A DNA stretch of 64,000 bases from Octopus vulgaris (Eukaryota). The first letter of the stretch is position 1. Every line of letters starts with the position of its first letter. Position numbers and translations under genes: made by a program. The DNA lies in NCBI GenBank assembly GCA_951406725.2, contig OX597825.1, positions 78,616,001 through 78,680,000 of the forward strand, in the 5' to 3' direction. Below, piece by piece: positions 40,396 through 54,591 of this stretch. Under the pieces are notes generated by a model that saw only the letters and a list, made by a program, of their open reading frames with translations, made no database searches and had not been told where the DNA came from.

Positions 40396-40886
40396 ATTGT
40401 TAGCGCGTCGAACAAAATCTTAAGTTATACTTAATGGCATATCTTCAGATACTTTACGTTCTGAGTTCAAATTCCGCCAAGGTCGACTTTGCCTTTCATC
40501 TTTTCGGAGTCAATAAAATAAGTACCAGTCGATGTAATTGATTTACCCCTACCCTAAATTTGCTAGCCTTGCACTTAAATTAATAAATATTATGTTATTA
40601 TTATCATTATTGATGGTTTGTTTACACATGATTGCGTTGGTCCTCCAAGTATGTTGAATTTTGTTTGAACTAAAGTCTGCTCTCGTTAAAACTTGAGAAA
40701 GAAAGAAAGAAAGAGAGAAGGAGAGAGTTTTTGTTGCTATTTCTAGTAGATCATGTCACTACGTAGAGGGTTCCACGTGTTGATCTGTAATATTTTCTTC
40801 GCGTTGACAAATATCAGAAATCAAAAACAAGACAATAAGAAAAACGGGAAGACCGAACCTATATATTTACATATATACATATATAT

Positions 40887-40937
<51 letters not shown>

Positions 40938-40990
40938 CATATTTATATAGATAGATAGGTATTTATTGATATATATACATACATAAACAT

Positions 40991-41220
<230 letters not shown>

Positions 41221-41301
41221 TTATATACATTTATACATGTATGTGGTGCTATCAAGTTAGACATGACCTGGGCCTATACTGGCCGAAACCAATCAAAGTT
41301 T

Positions 41302-41338
<37 letters not shown>

Positions 41339-43329
41339 ATACACTGATACATTTACGTATATATATGTGTATAATATAGATATATGTGTGTGTGCTTGTG
41401 TGTATTATATGTGCGTATAGATAAATAGATACATCCATCCACCCATGCATACATCCATACATACATACATCCATATATACATATCAACAAACACTGTATT
41501 CAAAAGTAAAGACTAGAGAATGGGTGAGATGTACTGAAGTGGAAGACTCCCATCCCCCACGCCCTCCACGCCCTCCACGCCCTCCACGCCCTCCACGCCC
41601 TCCTCTCACCCTCACTCCTTCATTCGTTCAGTTCGGTCGACGTAGAGAAAAACCTGAAACATAATGTTTATCATTTGAGAAATTTTTGGTGTTTCTTTTT
41701 CTTTTTTCTCTCTCATTTTGAGAGGAATTGACCTGAATCCGAAAGATGTCGCTATAAGAGAGGGGAAAAAAAGATTCAATTACCAAAATTTACCAGCAAC
41801 GTTTAGTAGTAAGTCTTAGACTATTATAGTCAAAAGAACCGGCTGTCAAAACGCTGACTTCGCCAGAAGACTTGGAGGAAGCCATTTTGGAAAATTTTAC
41901 ATGGCAAATCTGAAAGCGGCAGTGTTAGGTGTATACTTAGTATTTTGTTTGTGTGTGTGTGTGTGTTTCTGTGTGTGTGTGTGTACAGTTGTATGGGTAC
42001 GTGTATTATGCTTTTATGTAGACGCATGATCGTGCAATCGCGGTTTCGATTCCTCGGCCGGACGTGGCGCTGTGTTCTTAAGCAAAACGCTTCGTTCGTT
42101 TCACATTGCTCGGAGATCATTTTGGCATCTGAAGCGTGACACACAGGTGTACCTGTACGAGCAATGTCGGTTTGATTGATTGAGGGAGCGGGGTCAAGGG
42201 CGGCACAAACATTTGATCATTATAAACAAATCATCTGTGTAGGGTTTGTTTGTTTTTTATCGTGCAAGAAAGAAGAAGAAGATGAAGAAGAAGATGAAGA
42301 AGAAGATGAAGAAGAAGATGAAGAAGAAGAAGAAGAAGAAGAAGAAGAAGAAGAAGAAGAAGAAGAAGAAGAAGAAGAAGAAGGTGGTGGTGATGATGAT
42401 GATAGAAAGAAAGAAAAGAAGAAAGAAAGAAAGAAAAAAGAAAGAAAGAAAGAAGTAGGAGGAAATGACGACAGCAACAACGATGTAGTGTTGAATGGTT
42501 AAATTCGCTTCGCCACTATGAGATCTCAGGTTCGATCCTTGCGCGCAAATGTCATTTTTCTACAGCTTAGGGTCCACCCATACATACTTTGCCAGTAAAA
42601 CTGCGGGAACGGAAACTGTACAGAAGCACTTCGAGTGGATTTTACACGTAATTCAGAAAGGAACAGCCTTGTCATACAAGGTCTCACATAGGTTCTGCTT
42701 CAGAATTACGTACCTGTGGAAATTATATGTTAATTCAAGAGCAGGTAATTCAGTTAGTCGAGCAACTAAATCCTCATCGTTGAACGACGGAGATCCACCA
42801 TCATTGTGTCTATTTTTTGTGTTTCCTTTGTCCCAATATTGTTACATTTGTTCTTTAGTCCTAGATCAGTCCACCCTCATCGATCAGGTCAAAAGATCAG
42901 TAATGACCATCCAGTCCATTTTGTATATCAGTTATTACATTGTCCAGCATGTCCCTTTTTTAAAAAAAAAGTTGTGGTGAAAGAGTACAGCAGGGTTCAC
43001 CACCACCCCCTGCCGGAGCCTCGTGAAGCTTTAGGTGCCTTCACTCAATAAACACTCACAACGCCCGGTCTGGGAATCGAAACCGCGATCGTAAGACCGC
43101 GAGTCCGCTGCCCTAACCACTGGGCCATTGCGCCTCCACTCCAGCATGTCCCTTTAATATTAAGGCAATAATGAGTGATTTAATGGAAAATTTTGTTGCT
43201 ATTTCTAGCAGTTCGGGTGATCGTGTACGGACTTATTCTGGGTACACATAACTCTTGGAGTTCATATGACCCTTAGGGGGTTGTGTGTCCCTTAGGGGCC
43301 CATATAAGATTTGCTTTCTTTTATATATA

Positions 43330-43725
43330 TCTTTATATATAAAAGAGAGGTTGTGTGTCTGTCTCCTACGATTTAGATTCCTCACTACTCCCACATTTTG
43401 CGGTGAAGTTTAACCAAAACCAGGTATCTTATAGTTGTGATTCATATCGAGCCCTTCTGGGTATTAGCGCGCGTCTACGATAAGTCTACGATTTTTAAAA
43501 AGATTTACCATCATTTTTTCCATTTTAATGCATTTTTTTCGCTATTATATAGGGGAAGTAACTCTCTAAAAATGTCTACGATGAGTCAACGATTTTTAAA
43601 AAATTTACCATCATTTTTTTCCATTTTTAATGCATTTTTTTGCTATTTTTTGGCTATAACTCTCTAAAAATGCTTATATAGTTATTTCCCTTACAAACCC
43701 GAGCAACGCCGGGCGATACTGTTAG
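43330..43725 (+). mobile_element. Non-autonomous Helitron-like element (same family as 2718-3113)
   Basis: 5' TCTTTATATATAAAAG and 3' cccgagcaacgccgggcgatactgTTAG|t; collinear with the first copy. Confidence 0.8.
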
Positions 43726-44446
43726 TCTGCAATAAATTGGTTATATTTCTTTAATACATTCAAAGACTAATGAAATGGCATTTTGTAGAATCATTACCGA
43801 TTGTTGGGATTCTAATATATTTAATGCTGATGTTAGCTTAAGATATAGAAAAATTCCCTGTGGTTGTATGGTTTCTCTATAACCTTACTGACTACGGAAA
43901 TCAAATATATTTGCTTAAAATTCCATTAACTTTCACTGAGAAAGCGGTTTTATATAGCAATCTACTTTTTGTTCAGGAAATTCACGCTTAAAACTATATT
44001 TTTGCTGAGACATGTGAAGTTTATCGAATCAAACGTACCTTCAAGAAACTATCGAATCTATCTTATTTTTTTAATATGTCTTTTCTTGGTAGATATTTTA
44101 ACATCAGAACTGGAATAACTGTGTTAATTTTGCAGGTAAAGGGTTAAGAGAGTGGCTGTGGGAAATCTTTCTACGAATAGGTGCATGTGAAGAAAGGGTA
44201 TCTATTTACAGCAAAAAGCTTTAGGCCCGCAACTAAATTAAACTGAGGATCATGCTACACAATATGGCGTTTTGCAATCTTGTGTCGATTACATCGCCAC
44301 TTTACGGTGCAAATCTAGAAAACGCAAAATTCTGGGCACCGACGAAAGGAAGTATCAGATTGAAATACATACACACTTAGACATATATACAGACACATAC
44401 AAACATACATGCAAGCACATACATGTAAACGTAAGCTTAAACATTC

Positions 44447-44491
<45 letters not shown>

Positions 44492-44603
44492 TGTGTATGT
44501 ATATTATCATCCGATGATCAGTGGCAACTGCAGATAAATATCGCACACATGCTCATACATACACGTACACAAACATATTTGCATGTATGTGCATATATGT
44601 ATG

Positions 44604-44684
<81 letters not shown>

Positions 44685-44730
44685 ATGAATGTGTGTGTGT
44701 TTATAAATTCTTCAAAATATATATGTGTGT

Positions 44731-44773
<43 letters not shown>

Positions 44774-44964
44774 CATATATATATGTTTATATATATATAT
44801 ATATATATACATACCTACTTATGCATACATATACATTTATATACACACATATGTATATATGTATATATGTATGTATGTATCTGTATATAGATGTTTCTAT
44901 ATATGCACATATATATATATATACATGCATATACATTTATAAATACATCCACACACGCACACAC

Positions 44965-45046
<82 letters not shown>

Positions 45047-45211
45047 AAATAATACAGCCTTCACAGTCTTTGTTAACAACATCTTGATTTGCTTTTACAT
45101 CAGGCGACCCGTGATAAATTATAAATTTCGCTATATTTATTTCTTCATGTGAAAAACTAAAGGATAACAGCAGCACACAACATACAAACAGCCATTTTAT
45201 ACATTAATATA

Positions 45212-45369
<158 letters not shown>

Positions 45370-45428
45370 CACCATATAGCGGCATATAATAGTGAACAAC
45401 AGGGGTGGAAACGGCGAACTGTGTGGTT

Positions 45429-45480
<52 letters not shown>

Positions 45481-46367
45481 ATGTAGCACATTTTATCCAT
45501 ATGGCAACAGAGCCAAGTCTTAGAATCCAAATCAGAACCATTCCACATCGGTTTCTTATTCATTTATTCTTGAGTACGAATAGATAGAATAACATGTCAA
45601 GCTGTGTCGTGCCTTGTTCTCTCCGTGTGTCTTTCTAATTGTTACAGCAATTGCTGTTGCTGAGCCAACAAAAGGGAGTCTCTCTCTCTCTCTATGTATG
45701 TGTTTTATACCCTTAAGTCAATATAACCCCTTAACACTTTGCAAACTGCGTATGTAGCTGGGAGGCGGGATAAGGGCGTGGTCGCCTTTCCGTTGACTCG
45801 AATCGTAATTCTTAGATGTTCATTGAACATATGTATATACATAATATACGTATTTATATTACATTTATACTTGCATAACATACATATCTTAAATATATAC
45901 CCACAGGCGTGGCTGTGTGGTAAGAAGCTTGCTTTCCAAACACATATTTCCGGGTTCAGTCCCACTGCGGGCACCTTTGGCAAGTGTCTTCTACTATAGC
46001 CTCGAACCGACTAAAACCTTGGGAGTGAATTTGGTAGATGAAAACCGAAAGAAGCCCGTCGTATATATTTTCCTTGTATGTCTCCACTGTCATTTTTTTG
46101 CCCTCAACTTTGACCCTCCATAAATCCTAAATTTTATTTTAGAATTTATGGGAGCAACTGTATTTTCATTTTGTGTTCCTCGCTGATAAAGGAAGAATCC
46201 TTTTTGGATTAATCCAGAAATCGGAACCGATTCGGAATTAACTATATTTTTATGAAACGTGGTCTAATAAAATAAGTGAAAATATTTTATGTGGTTAGAC
46301 GATTTAGTGTCTATTTTTCAGCCTATTGGCGAAGATTTTTTTTCATTTTGCCCTTATTTATGATATA

Positions 46368-46403
<36 letters not shown>

Positions 46404-47030
46404 TGTATGTATGTATGTATGTATGTATGTATGTGTGTATGTATGTGTATGTATGTATGTATGTATGTATGTATATACGTAGTTCCAATTTCCGTCCCAT
46501 TGTGTGGCACAGGGCAAATTACTTCTACTATAGCCCCAAGCCAACCAAATCCTTGTGAATGGAAATTCTTTGGACAGAGAATCAAATAGTACAAAATTTA
46601 CATTTGGATTAAGCGTTTATATGCAGTTAGTAATCAGGAGTAGCATAGATAGTGGGAGGAAAAGAATGAAGAACAAATCAAGTTGCAAAAAGAAAGGAGA
46701 ATTGGATATATACATAGATCCATATCACTTAGACAGGTGAGAGCACTTTTATGACGACTGACAAGAGAGACAAATTTTGATCAATCTTCATCAGTGACCC
46801 ATTACTCTGTCGCCGAGGGCTTAAGAACCTAAGTTACCCTCTCAGCCTTATAAAGAACACCATAGGAAACGAGTGCTCTCAGGTGGCTAAGAATTGTTTT
46901 GACTCTTATTTCTAGCAATGTTGGTGCTTATTAGCAGCCTCCGTCACTTCAGTGATGACTATACTTGTTGCCTTTCGGTTCTAAATTGCGAATAGCCACC
47001 TTAATAATTGATATATATATATATAAATAA

Positions 47031-47110
<80 letters not shown>

Positions 47111-47996
47111 GAAATATGTAACAAAAACAAAATATAAAATACACGTAAGGGTAAAATATGAAAAATCAACGAAAATGCACATTGCAAATAAAAAAAAAGG
47201 CTTTTTATGACAGGTAACGACAAATATATACATTAAGACGGACTGATGTAGTCATAAGAGTCATTATTATCAGATGATTATAAGATGATAATAATAAAGT
47301 AAGAAAACAAAGCGAACCATGGTTTTGGCAAAATTCTATTCATCGCTTTATATATATATATGTAGGTATATATCTCTAGGTATAGGTATATACTTAGGTA
47401 AAGCAGTTTCTTCCTCATTCTTTCACTGATGCAACTTAATCACTCTTTTGATAATGAATTCACCTAAGGATTTACCTCAGGAAATACCTGGCGAAGAACC
47501 GATTCAAATGGATTTAATTAAACCCTCCTACCCTCCTGAAAATAATGAACTATAATGAAGCGCAATGAATACCATTAAAGAGAAGCTCTGTTAATCATAC
47601 ATTTCTTCATATATTTCTCCGATGACGGAATTCCTGGTTTATAGAGTCTTCGATCGAAACGATCATCCAATAGCTCGGACATCCCAGAAACAGCTGTCAG
47701 AGACTATCTCTACTGTCTTTACCAGTTTCGTATTATTTTACTATTTTCAGATTGAATTAAATGAATTTAAATGCCATAGCTTTGTCTTGACTAATTGTTT
47801 GCTTTCCTCGTTACTTTGGCCGATACCTACTGACTCGAAGGTAAGCTATCAACTGCCAGATTTTTTTTTCGGCCAGGACATTCACACAATCACAACCTCA
47901 GCCGCTGTTCTAACTGCAATATTTTGTGGATTACCTATTGGAGTACACAGAACACATACCTATTAGTTTAGGTTACCTTGACCTAAACACCTCATA

Positions 47997-48034
<38 letters not shown>

Positions 48035-48140
48035 TACATATATGATTCCATCGAACTCAACTGGTTTGATTTAATTATATCATTGTTGAATTGCTACAAC
48101 ATCGTGATTGTTCTCTAATTTATATACACACACACACACA

Positions 48141-48211
<71 letters not shown>

Positions 48212-48851
48212 AACAAAGAGTTTGACTCAAGCTTCTTGGTACTCTGAGTTTCAAGCGTGTCATTAGTATTCGGCCATTGGAGTCTGAATCCAGACTCCAA
48301 TGGCCGAAGATTAGCGACACGCTTGAAACTCGGAGTACCAAGGAGTTTGAATCAAACTGTTTCGATCCATACGTGTAACTTACAATAAATGTGTTGAGTG
48401 CCCTTCTTTCGTTTGTCTACTTACTCGTATACATGTGTGTGTGTATGCGTGTGTGTGTGTGTATGCGTCTGTGTGTGCATTCATGCACTCTCACACTAGC
48501 AAGATACCTGGCGCTGCCTATTTTGGAAAATACATATAAATGGTCAGAAATGTATTGTAGAAAAATGTTCATCATGAAAAGGTATTCGTTTTAATAGAAT
48601 TCTTGCATTTCGCTTTGCAATTTATCCTTCTTGCAAGAAATGGATGTATTTGGAGTTCGTTCATAGCTGTGCTATACATAGAGAGAGGGGGGAAGGGACA
48701 CAGAAAGAAAGGAGACAGAAATAGACGTCTAACAATGCCTTAGCTCACTGAAATTTCGAAGTTACTATCAACACACATGTGTATATGTGTGTACCTATAC
48801 ATATATATAGAAGTTTGCATAGATAGATAGATAGATAGACAGACAGCTAGC

Positions 48852-48909
<58 letters not shown>

Positions 48910-48973
48910 TACAGAGAGAGATGGATAGAGAGAGATAGATAGATATACAGAGAGAGAGATAGATAGATAGATG

Positions 48974-49035
<62 letters not shown>

Positions 49036-49097
49036 CAGAGAGAGATGGATAGAGAGAGATAGATAGATATACAGAGAGAGAGATAGATAGATAGATG

Positions 49098-49141
<44 letters not shown>

Positions 49142-49646
49142 TACAGAGAGAGATGGATAGAGAGAGATAGATATACAGAGAGAGATAGATAGATAGATGG
49201 ATAGATAGATAGATAGATAGATAGATAAACAGTGTGTTCGGGTTGAATATGACGATTTTTATGCCCCCTTCTTTTTATAAACAGCTCTCTTTCTCTCTCT
49301 TTCTCTCTCTCTCTCTCACTCACACTCTTTCACTCTCTTCCTCTCTCGCTCTCTCTCCCTCTCTCACCCTATCTGCCTGCCAGCTGTTACATCGTTGGTG
49401 TTCCGTCGGGTTCACTCTGAGAAGGTGAAGAAAATGTCTGTCTGCTCGTAACTGTCAACGTAGGCTCCTTAGCAGGGAGCAAAACGACAAACAACAAAAG
49501 AAAGAAAGAAAGAAACATGGCCGCTCTTCTCTGATTGAAACCTGTAAAACAATCAAAGGATATGTGTGCATGTGCACGTGAATGTGTGTGAGAATGTGTG
49601 TGTGTGTGTGTGTGTGCATGTGAGTGTGTGAGTGTGTGTGTGTGAG

Positions 49647-49698
<52 letters not shown>

Positions 49699-50423
49699 TG
49701 TGTGTGTGTGTGAGAGAGTGTGTGTGTGTGTGAGAGTGTGTGTGTGTGAGAGTGTGTGTGTGTGTGAGAGTGTGTGTGTGTGAGAGAGTGTGTGTGTGTG
49801 TATGTATGCGTGTACTTGTCTGTATCATTTTCCAGTACTTTTCTTTATCATTTTAATGTTTCTTCTTTTTTCCTTTTCTTCCTTCTTTTCTTCTTCTTCT
49901 TCTTCTTCTTCTTCTTCTTCTTCTTCTTCTTCTTCTTCGTCTTCTCCTCCTCCTCCTCTTCCTCCATCTTCTTCTTCTTCTTCTTCTTCTTCTTCTTCTT
50001 CTTCTTCTTCTTCTTCTTCTTCTTCTTCTACTACTCCTACTCCTACTCCTACTCCTACTCCTACTACTACTATTTTTCTACTTCCTCTTCTTCTTTCTGC
50101 TCCTTCTCTTTCCTCTCCTCCCTATACCTCTTCGTCCCCTTGTTCCTGCTATTCGTCTCCTTCTTCTTCAACTCCTCTAACTTTTTCTCCCCTTCTCTAC
50201 TTTTTCCTCTTCTTTCTTTCCTTCTTCCTCTTTATGTTGTTCTTCCTCTTCCTGTCCTCTCCGTTCTCTTCACCTCCATATCGCGCTTCACTTACCCCGT
50301 CTCCCTCTCCCTTTCTTCCTTTCTTCTCCTTCCCTTCCTTTTCCTCTTTAATCTCCACCTCCTCCCTCTCCTTTCTCTTCTCCTTCTCATTTTCCTCCTC
50401 CTCCTCTTCCTTATTCTTCTCAG

Positions 50424-50581
50424 GTCGCTACTCAGAGAGTCCGCGATGGTCATACCGATGTCGAGGTGGAGAAATCGCCAAGTCCTTGCTGCCAACCATT
50501 AATGGAATCATAACCAGCATCGACTCGCCGGCAGCCAACGTCCAAGCAGCGTCTTTACTGCAGTTATTCCGTCTCCCGCAG
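50424..50581 (+). CDS. mGluR-like class C GPCR, coding exon 2
   Basis: Long pyrimidine tract, CAG|, then (G)RYSESPRWSYRCRGGEIAKSLLPTINGIITSIDSPAANVQAASLLQLFRLPQ; compare mGluR1 VAIQVQNLLQLFDIPQ. Donor CAG|GTAAAT. 158 nt, phase 1 to 0, consistent with the previous exon. Confidence 0.92.
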
Positions 50582-51724
50582 GTAAATCACAATATTTGTA
50601 GCAATATCGATGTTTGTTCGATCTGCTTCATTATGTCCCTCAGTCAAAGTGGAATGTGTGAGAGTAATATTCCCAACAGGAAAAGAAGGACAACGCAGAG
50701 CTTTACTCTTCATATAGACTTTATAACGATTGGTTGGTTGGTTGGTTGGATGATTGGTTGAATGGTTGATTGGATGATTGGATGATTGGTTGAGTGGTTG
50801 ATTGATTGATTGGTTGGCTGGTTGAATGGTTGATTGGTTGATTGGGTGATTAGTTGAGTGGTTGATTGGGTGGTTGGATGATTGGTTGATTGGTTGATTA
50901 GTTGATTGGTTGGTTGATTGGTTGATCGGTTGATTGGTTGGTTGATTGGTTGATCGGTTGATTGGTTGGTTGATTGGTTGATCGGGTGATTGGTTGGTTG
51001 ATTGGTTGATCGGTTGATTGGGCTGTTTGCTGGCTGGTTGTTTGGTTTGTTGGTTGGTGCGTTTGTTGACTGGTTAGTTGGACGATTGGTAAGTTTGATG
51101 ATTGCTTGCTTGCTTGATTGATTGGTTGATTGATTGATTGATTGAGTGAGTGAGTGAGTGAGTGAATGAGTGAGTGAATGAGTGAGTGACTGAGTGAGTG
51201 AGTGAGTGATTGGTTGGTTGGTTAGTTTGTTGCTTGCTTTCTTGCTTGATTGTTGTCTATCTACTCATCCATCTACCCATCAATCAATCAATAAATAGAT
51301 CAACAACCAATATGCCTACCTATATAATCGATTACTCAATTAACAAATCAATGATCAATCATATAAATCCACCAATCAGTTAATCAAAGAATTCCTTGGT
51401 TGATGGGAAAATGGCCTGTTTGACTGATGGACTAGTTGATTGTTTGACTCATTGAGGATTGATAGATCAATTCGTTTATTGATATATCAATAGACTGATG
51501 ATTATTTGATTAATGGATTGATTCGCTAAGTGACGGATATATTGATTAATTGATTATAATTGAATATGCTTGATTGATAATTGATAGACTGGTGATTGAT
51601 AAATACTTAGATGATAAACTCACAATTTATATGATTGTCAGTTGATTCATTGATTGATTAATTGGTTGATTGGTACAAGGATAGACAGACGACCGAAGGG
51701 GCAGGCACAAACAGACAAACAAGC

Positions 51725-51768
<44 letters not shown>

Positions 51769-51840
51769 GGACGGACAGATAGATAGAGAGAGAGAGAGAG
51801 AAATAGATAGACAGATAGATGGGTAGATTTATTGATTGAC

Positions 51841-51875
<35 letters not shown>

Positions 51876-52043
51876 CAGACAGACAAATGTCTTATGGCTT
51901 TTATTGACTAATGGATGGATGGAAGGGTGCATGGATGGATGGATGGATGGATGGATAGAGCATTCAAGAGTTATTGATTACTTGATTTGTCGATTGATTG
52001 ATTCATTCATTGATTGATTGATGCTATGTCTCTCAAATTCCAG

Positions 52044-52214
52044 ATCAATGCAAAATCTCGGAGCCCTTTACTTCGAACAGTCGGAAGGTTTCCTTACCTG
52101 CACCATTCGGTTCCAACTTACTTTCAACAGCTTAATATCGTGATAGAGTTGCTTAAACACCTGAAATGGTCGTATATAAATGTCATCTTTGAAGACTCGG
52201 AGTACGGCGCGTGG
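52044..52214 (+). CDS. mGluR-like class C GPCR, coding exon 3
   Basis: ttccag|INAKSRSPLLRTVGRFPYLHHSVPTYFQQLNIVIELLKHLKWSYINVIFEDSEYGAW|GTGAGT. Aligns without gaps to mGluR1 IAYSATS...RVVPSD...NWTYVS...EGNYG. 171 nt, phase 0 to 0. Confidence 0.92.
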
Positions 52215-52594
52215 GTGAGTACAACCAGTTGATTACACTGTGTAACATTATTTTCGTCTTTGGGTAGCAGCTGTTATTTCCTATTTGCTTACTCCTAGAA
52301 AGTATGCAAAAATGGCTAATATTTCCTTGAAATTTTGCTTTTGTTATATTTGTTCAAACCCCAAACAATCCCTCTTAACATGTGGCTATGATGCTCTCCT
52401 GTTCATGATCAGAGATGCACATATCGTCAACCACTAAAGGTCATAGGAGAGTGGTTATGGTCAAGCAACTGACAAGCAATCTGTGGTATTGAGCAGAATA
52501 TTTGTTATAATGATATTTCTGATCAGCAACTCGGTGCTGAATTTGTCTGAAATTTGATGGGAAACAAGTCAGGTTCCAAACATCGATGTCCAGG

Positions 52595-52743
52595 TGACAA
52601 AAGCAAACGTTGAAGGGAATAGTTTGACAAAAGCAAACGTTGAAGGGAATAGTTTGACAAAAGCAAACGTTGAAGGGAATAGTTTGACAAAAGCAAACGT
52701 TGAAGGGAATAGTTTGACAAAAGCAAACGTTGAAGGGAATAGT
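52595..52743. repeat. 30-bp minisatellite, 5 essentially identical units (intron 3)
   Basis: tgacaaaagcaaacgttgaagggaatagtt repeated head to tail. Confidence 0.95.
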
Positions 52744-53329
52744 GGTCACTTACTTTGATTTCTAGATAGAAGCAAACAGGAAATAACACTAACTAAAGAC
52801 AAAAAAGAAAAAATTAAAACTTTGATGCACACTTATTTTAACTAGAAAAAGGGCGACTCGTATATTACTTACTGATTAAATGTAATTTGGGAAAAGATTA
52901 ATAGAAAGTTAATTAATTTCTGTGTTAAGTTAGTAATCAATGTTAATATTTGGGCATTATTTGGTAGAACCAGTGGAGCGTCAGACTAATGTCTGGCGGT
53001 ATTCTTTTCCGTTTTTTTTTCTTTTTACGTTCCAAGTTCAAATCCTGCTGAAGTCAATTTTGATTTCACGGTCGATAAATAAAGTACTAGTTAACCACTA
53101 GGGGATAGACTTTCCCGCTCCTTACCGCACGAGGTAAGTAGATTGCTGTCTTTGCATGGTGGTGGTGGTAGTGGGATGTTATGGTGGCGGAGATGGTTGT
53201 GGTGGCGGCGGCGGTGGGGTTGGCGAAGAAGGTATCTTTTGTAATAACTTTCCCGCTCCTTACTTATCTCAATATCTAGTTAACTTTTCAATGTTTACTG
53301 TTGTACAAAGGTAACACTAAAGTTCCTAT

Positions 53330-53458
<129 letters not shown>

Positions 53459-53613
53459 TCTTGTTTCTAGTTAATACGCTACAATACTCCTTACATTAAC
53501 TATGTTAAAAATGTCTTACCTATTTATCTTTCTATTTGCCTATCATCTATATTGTCTCAACACATATTTTATACTCAGCATATATTTATGCTTCCAGTAT
53601 TAGATATGTGAAA

Positions 53614-53730
53614 TACGAGAGAAGCTGAAAATTTCTTAGGCTAACCAGGATACTCTCATGGAATATAACCTAATGGAATTTACTTTTCAACATGGTATCC
53701 CTTATGGTACACACACTCCTTCCACCGGTT
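53614..53730. mobile_element. mariner-like terminal fragment
   Basis: Starts tacgagagaagctgaaaatttc, resembling mariner TIRs; degenerate. Confidence 0.35.
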
Positions 53731-53874
53731 TATTCTTTATGTGGCCCAATACCAAATGATTCTTTTTGCGTGGCCCGATATCAAATGCTCCATGGCCCAA
53801 TACTGGTTTGTGGTCCGATGGCTGAGAACCCCAGGTGTAAATTATAGAATTTATCTGTTTCTAAACAGATATTA

Positions 53875-54289
53875 GGCGGCGAGCTGGCAGAAACGTTTGC
53901 ACGTCGGGCGAAATGCTTAGCGGTATTTCGTCTGTCATTACGTTCTGAGTTCAAATTCCGCCGAGATCGACTTTGCCTTTCATCCTTTCGGGGTCGATTA
54001 AATAAGTACCAGTTACGCACTGGGGTCGATATAATCGACCTAATACGTTTGTCTGTCCTTGTTCGTCCCCTCTGTATTTAGCCCCTTGTGGGTAGTAAAG
54101 AAATAGGTATTTCGTCTGTCGTTACGTTGTGAGTTCAAATTTCGCCGAGGTCGACTTTGCCTTTCATCCTTTCAGGCTCGATAAATTATGTACCAGTTAC
54201 GCACTGGGGTCGATGTAATCAACTTAATCCCTTTGTCTGTCTTTGTTTGTCCCCTCTATGTTTAGCCCCTTGTGGGCAGTAAAGAAATA
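53875..54289 (+). mobile_element. SINE family A, dimeric, with 24-bp TSD just upstream of exon 4
   Basis: TSD tatagaatttatctgtttctaaac at 53843-53866 and 54290-54313; second body starts at ggtatttcgtc (about 54106). Confidence 0.88.
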
Positions 54290-54343
54290 TATAGAATTTA
54301 TCTGTTTCTAAACTGATTAATGACATGTCGCTTCTTGTTTCAG

Positions 54344-54491
54344 TTGACCTATAAACTCCAAGAGATCCTCAGGAACAATCGTGTCTGCATTGCTGCAAAC
54401 ATCATGATTCCCCCGTTCAGTAACACCTTAGGAAAGAAACAGTCTTACGACATGATTGCTACCCGTCTTCTACGCCATCCATTGGCACGAG
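54344..54491 (+). CDS. mGluR-like class C GPCR, coding exon 4 (not in the ORF track)
   Basis: cttcttgtttcag|LTYKLQEILRNNRVCIAANIMIPPFSNTLGKKQSYDMIATRLLRHPLAR, donor G|GTAAGT. Compare mGluR GICIA...SFD..L..L...P.AR. 148 nt, phase 0 to 1. Confidence 0.9.
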
Positions 54492-54591
54492 GTAAGTAGG
54501 TTGCTGTCTTTGCATGGTGGTGGAGTGTTTTGGTGGAGGAGATGGTTGTGGTGGCGGCGGCGGGGTTGGCGGTGAAGGTAGCTTTTGTAAT

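Noticed and set aside
42176-42502. Poly-Glu/Lys ORF
   Set aside because: (GAA)n microsatellite in an intron; no domain or splice support.
49790-50423. Poly-Ser N-terminal part of the 323-aa ORF
   Set aside because: Intronic pyrimidine tract; only 50424-50581 is exonic.
52595-52743. CRISPR-like 30-bp repeats
   Set aside because: No spacers, no cas genes, eukaryotic intron; a simple minisatellite.
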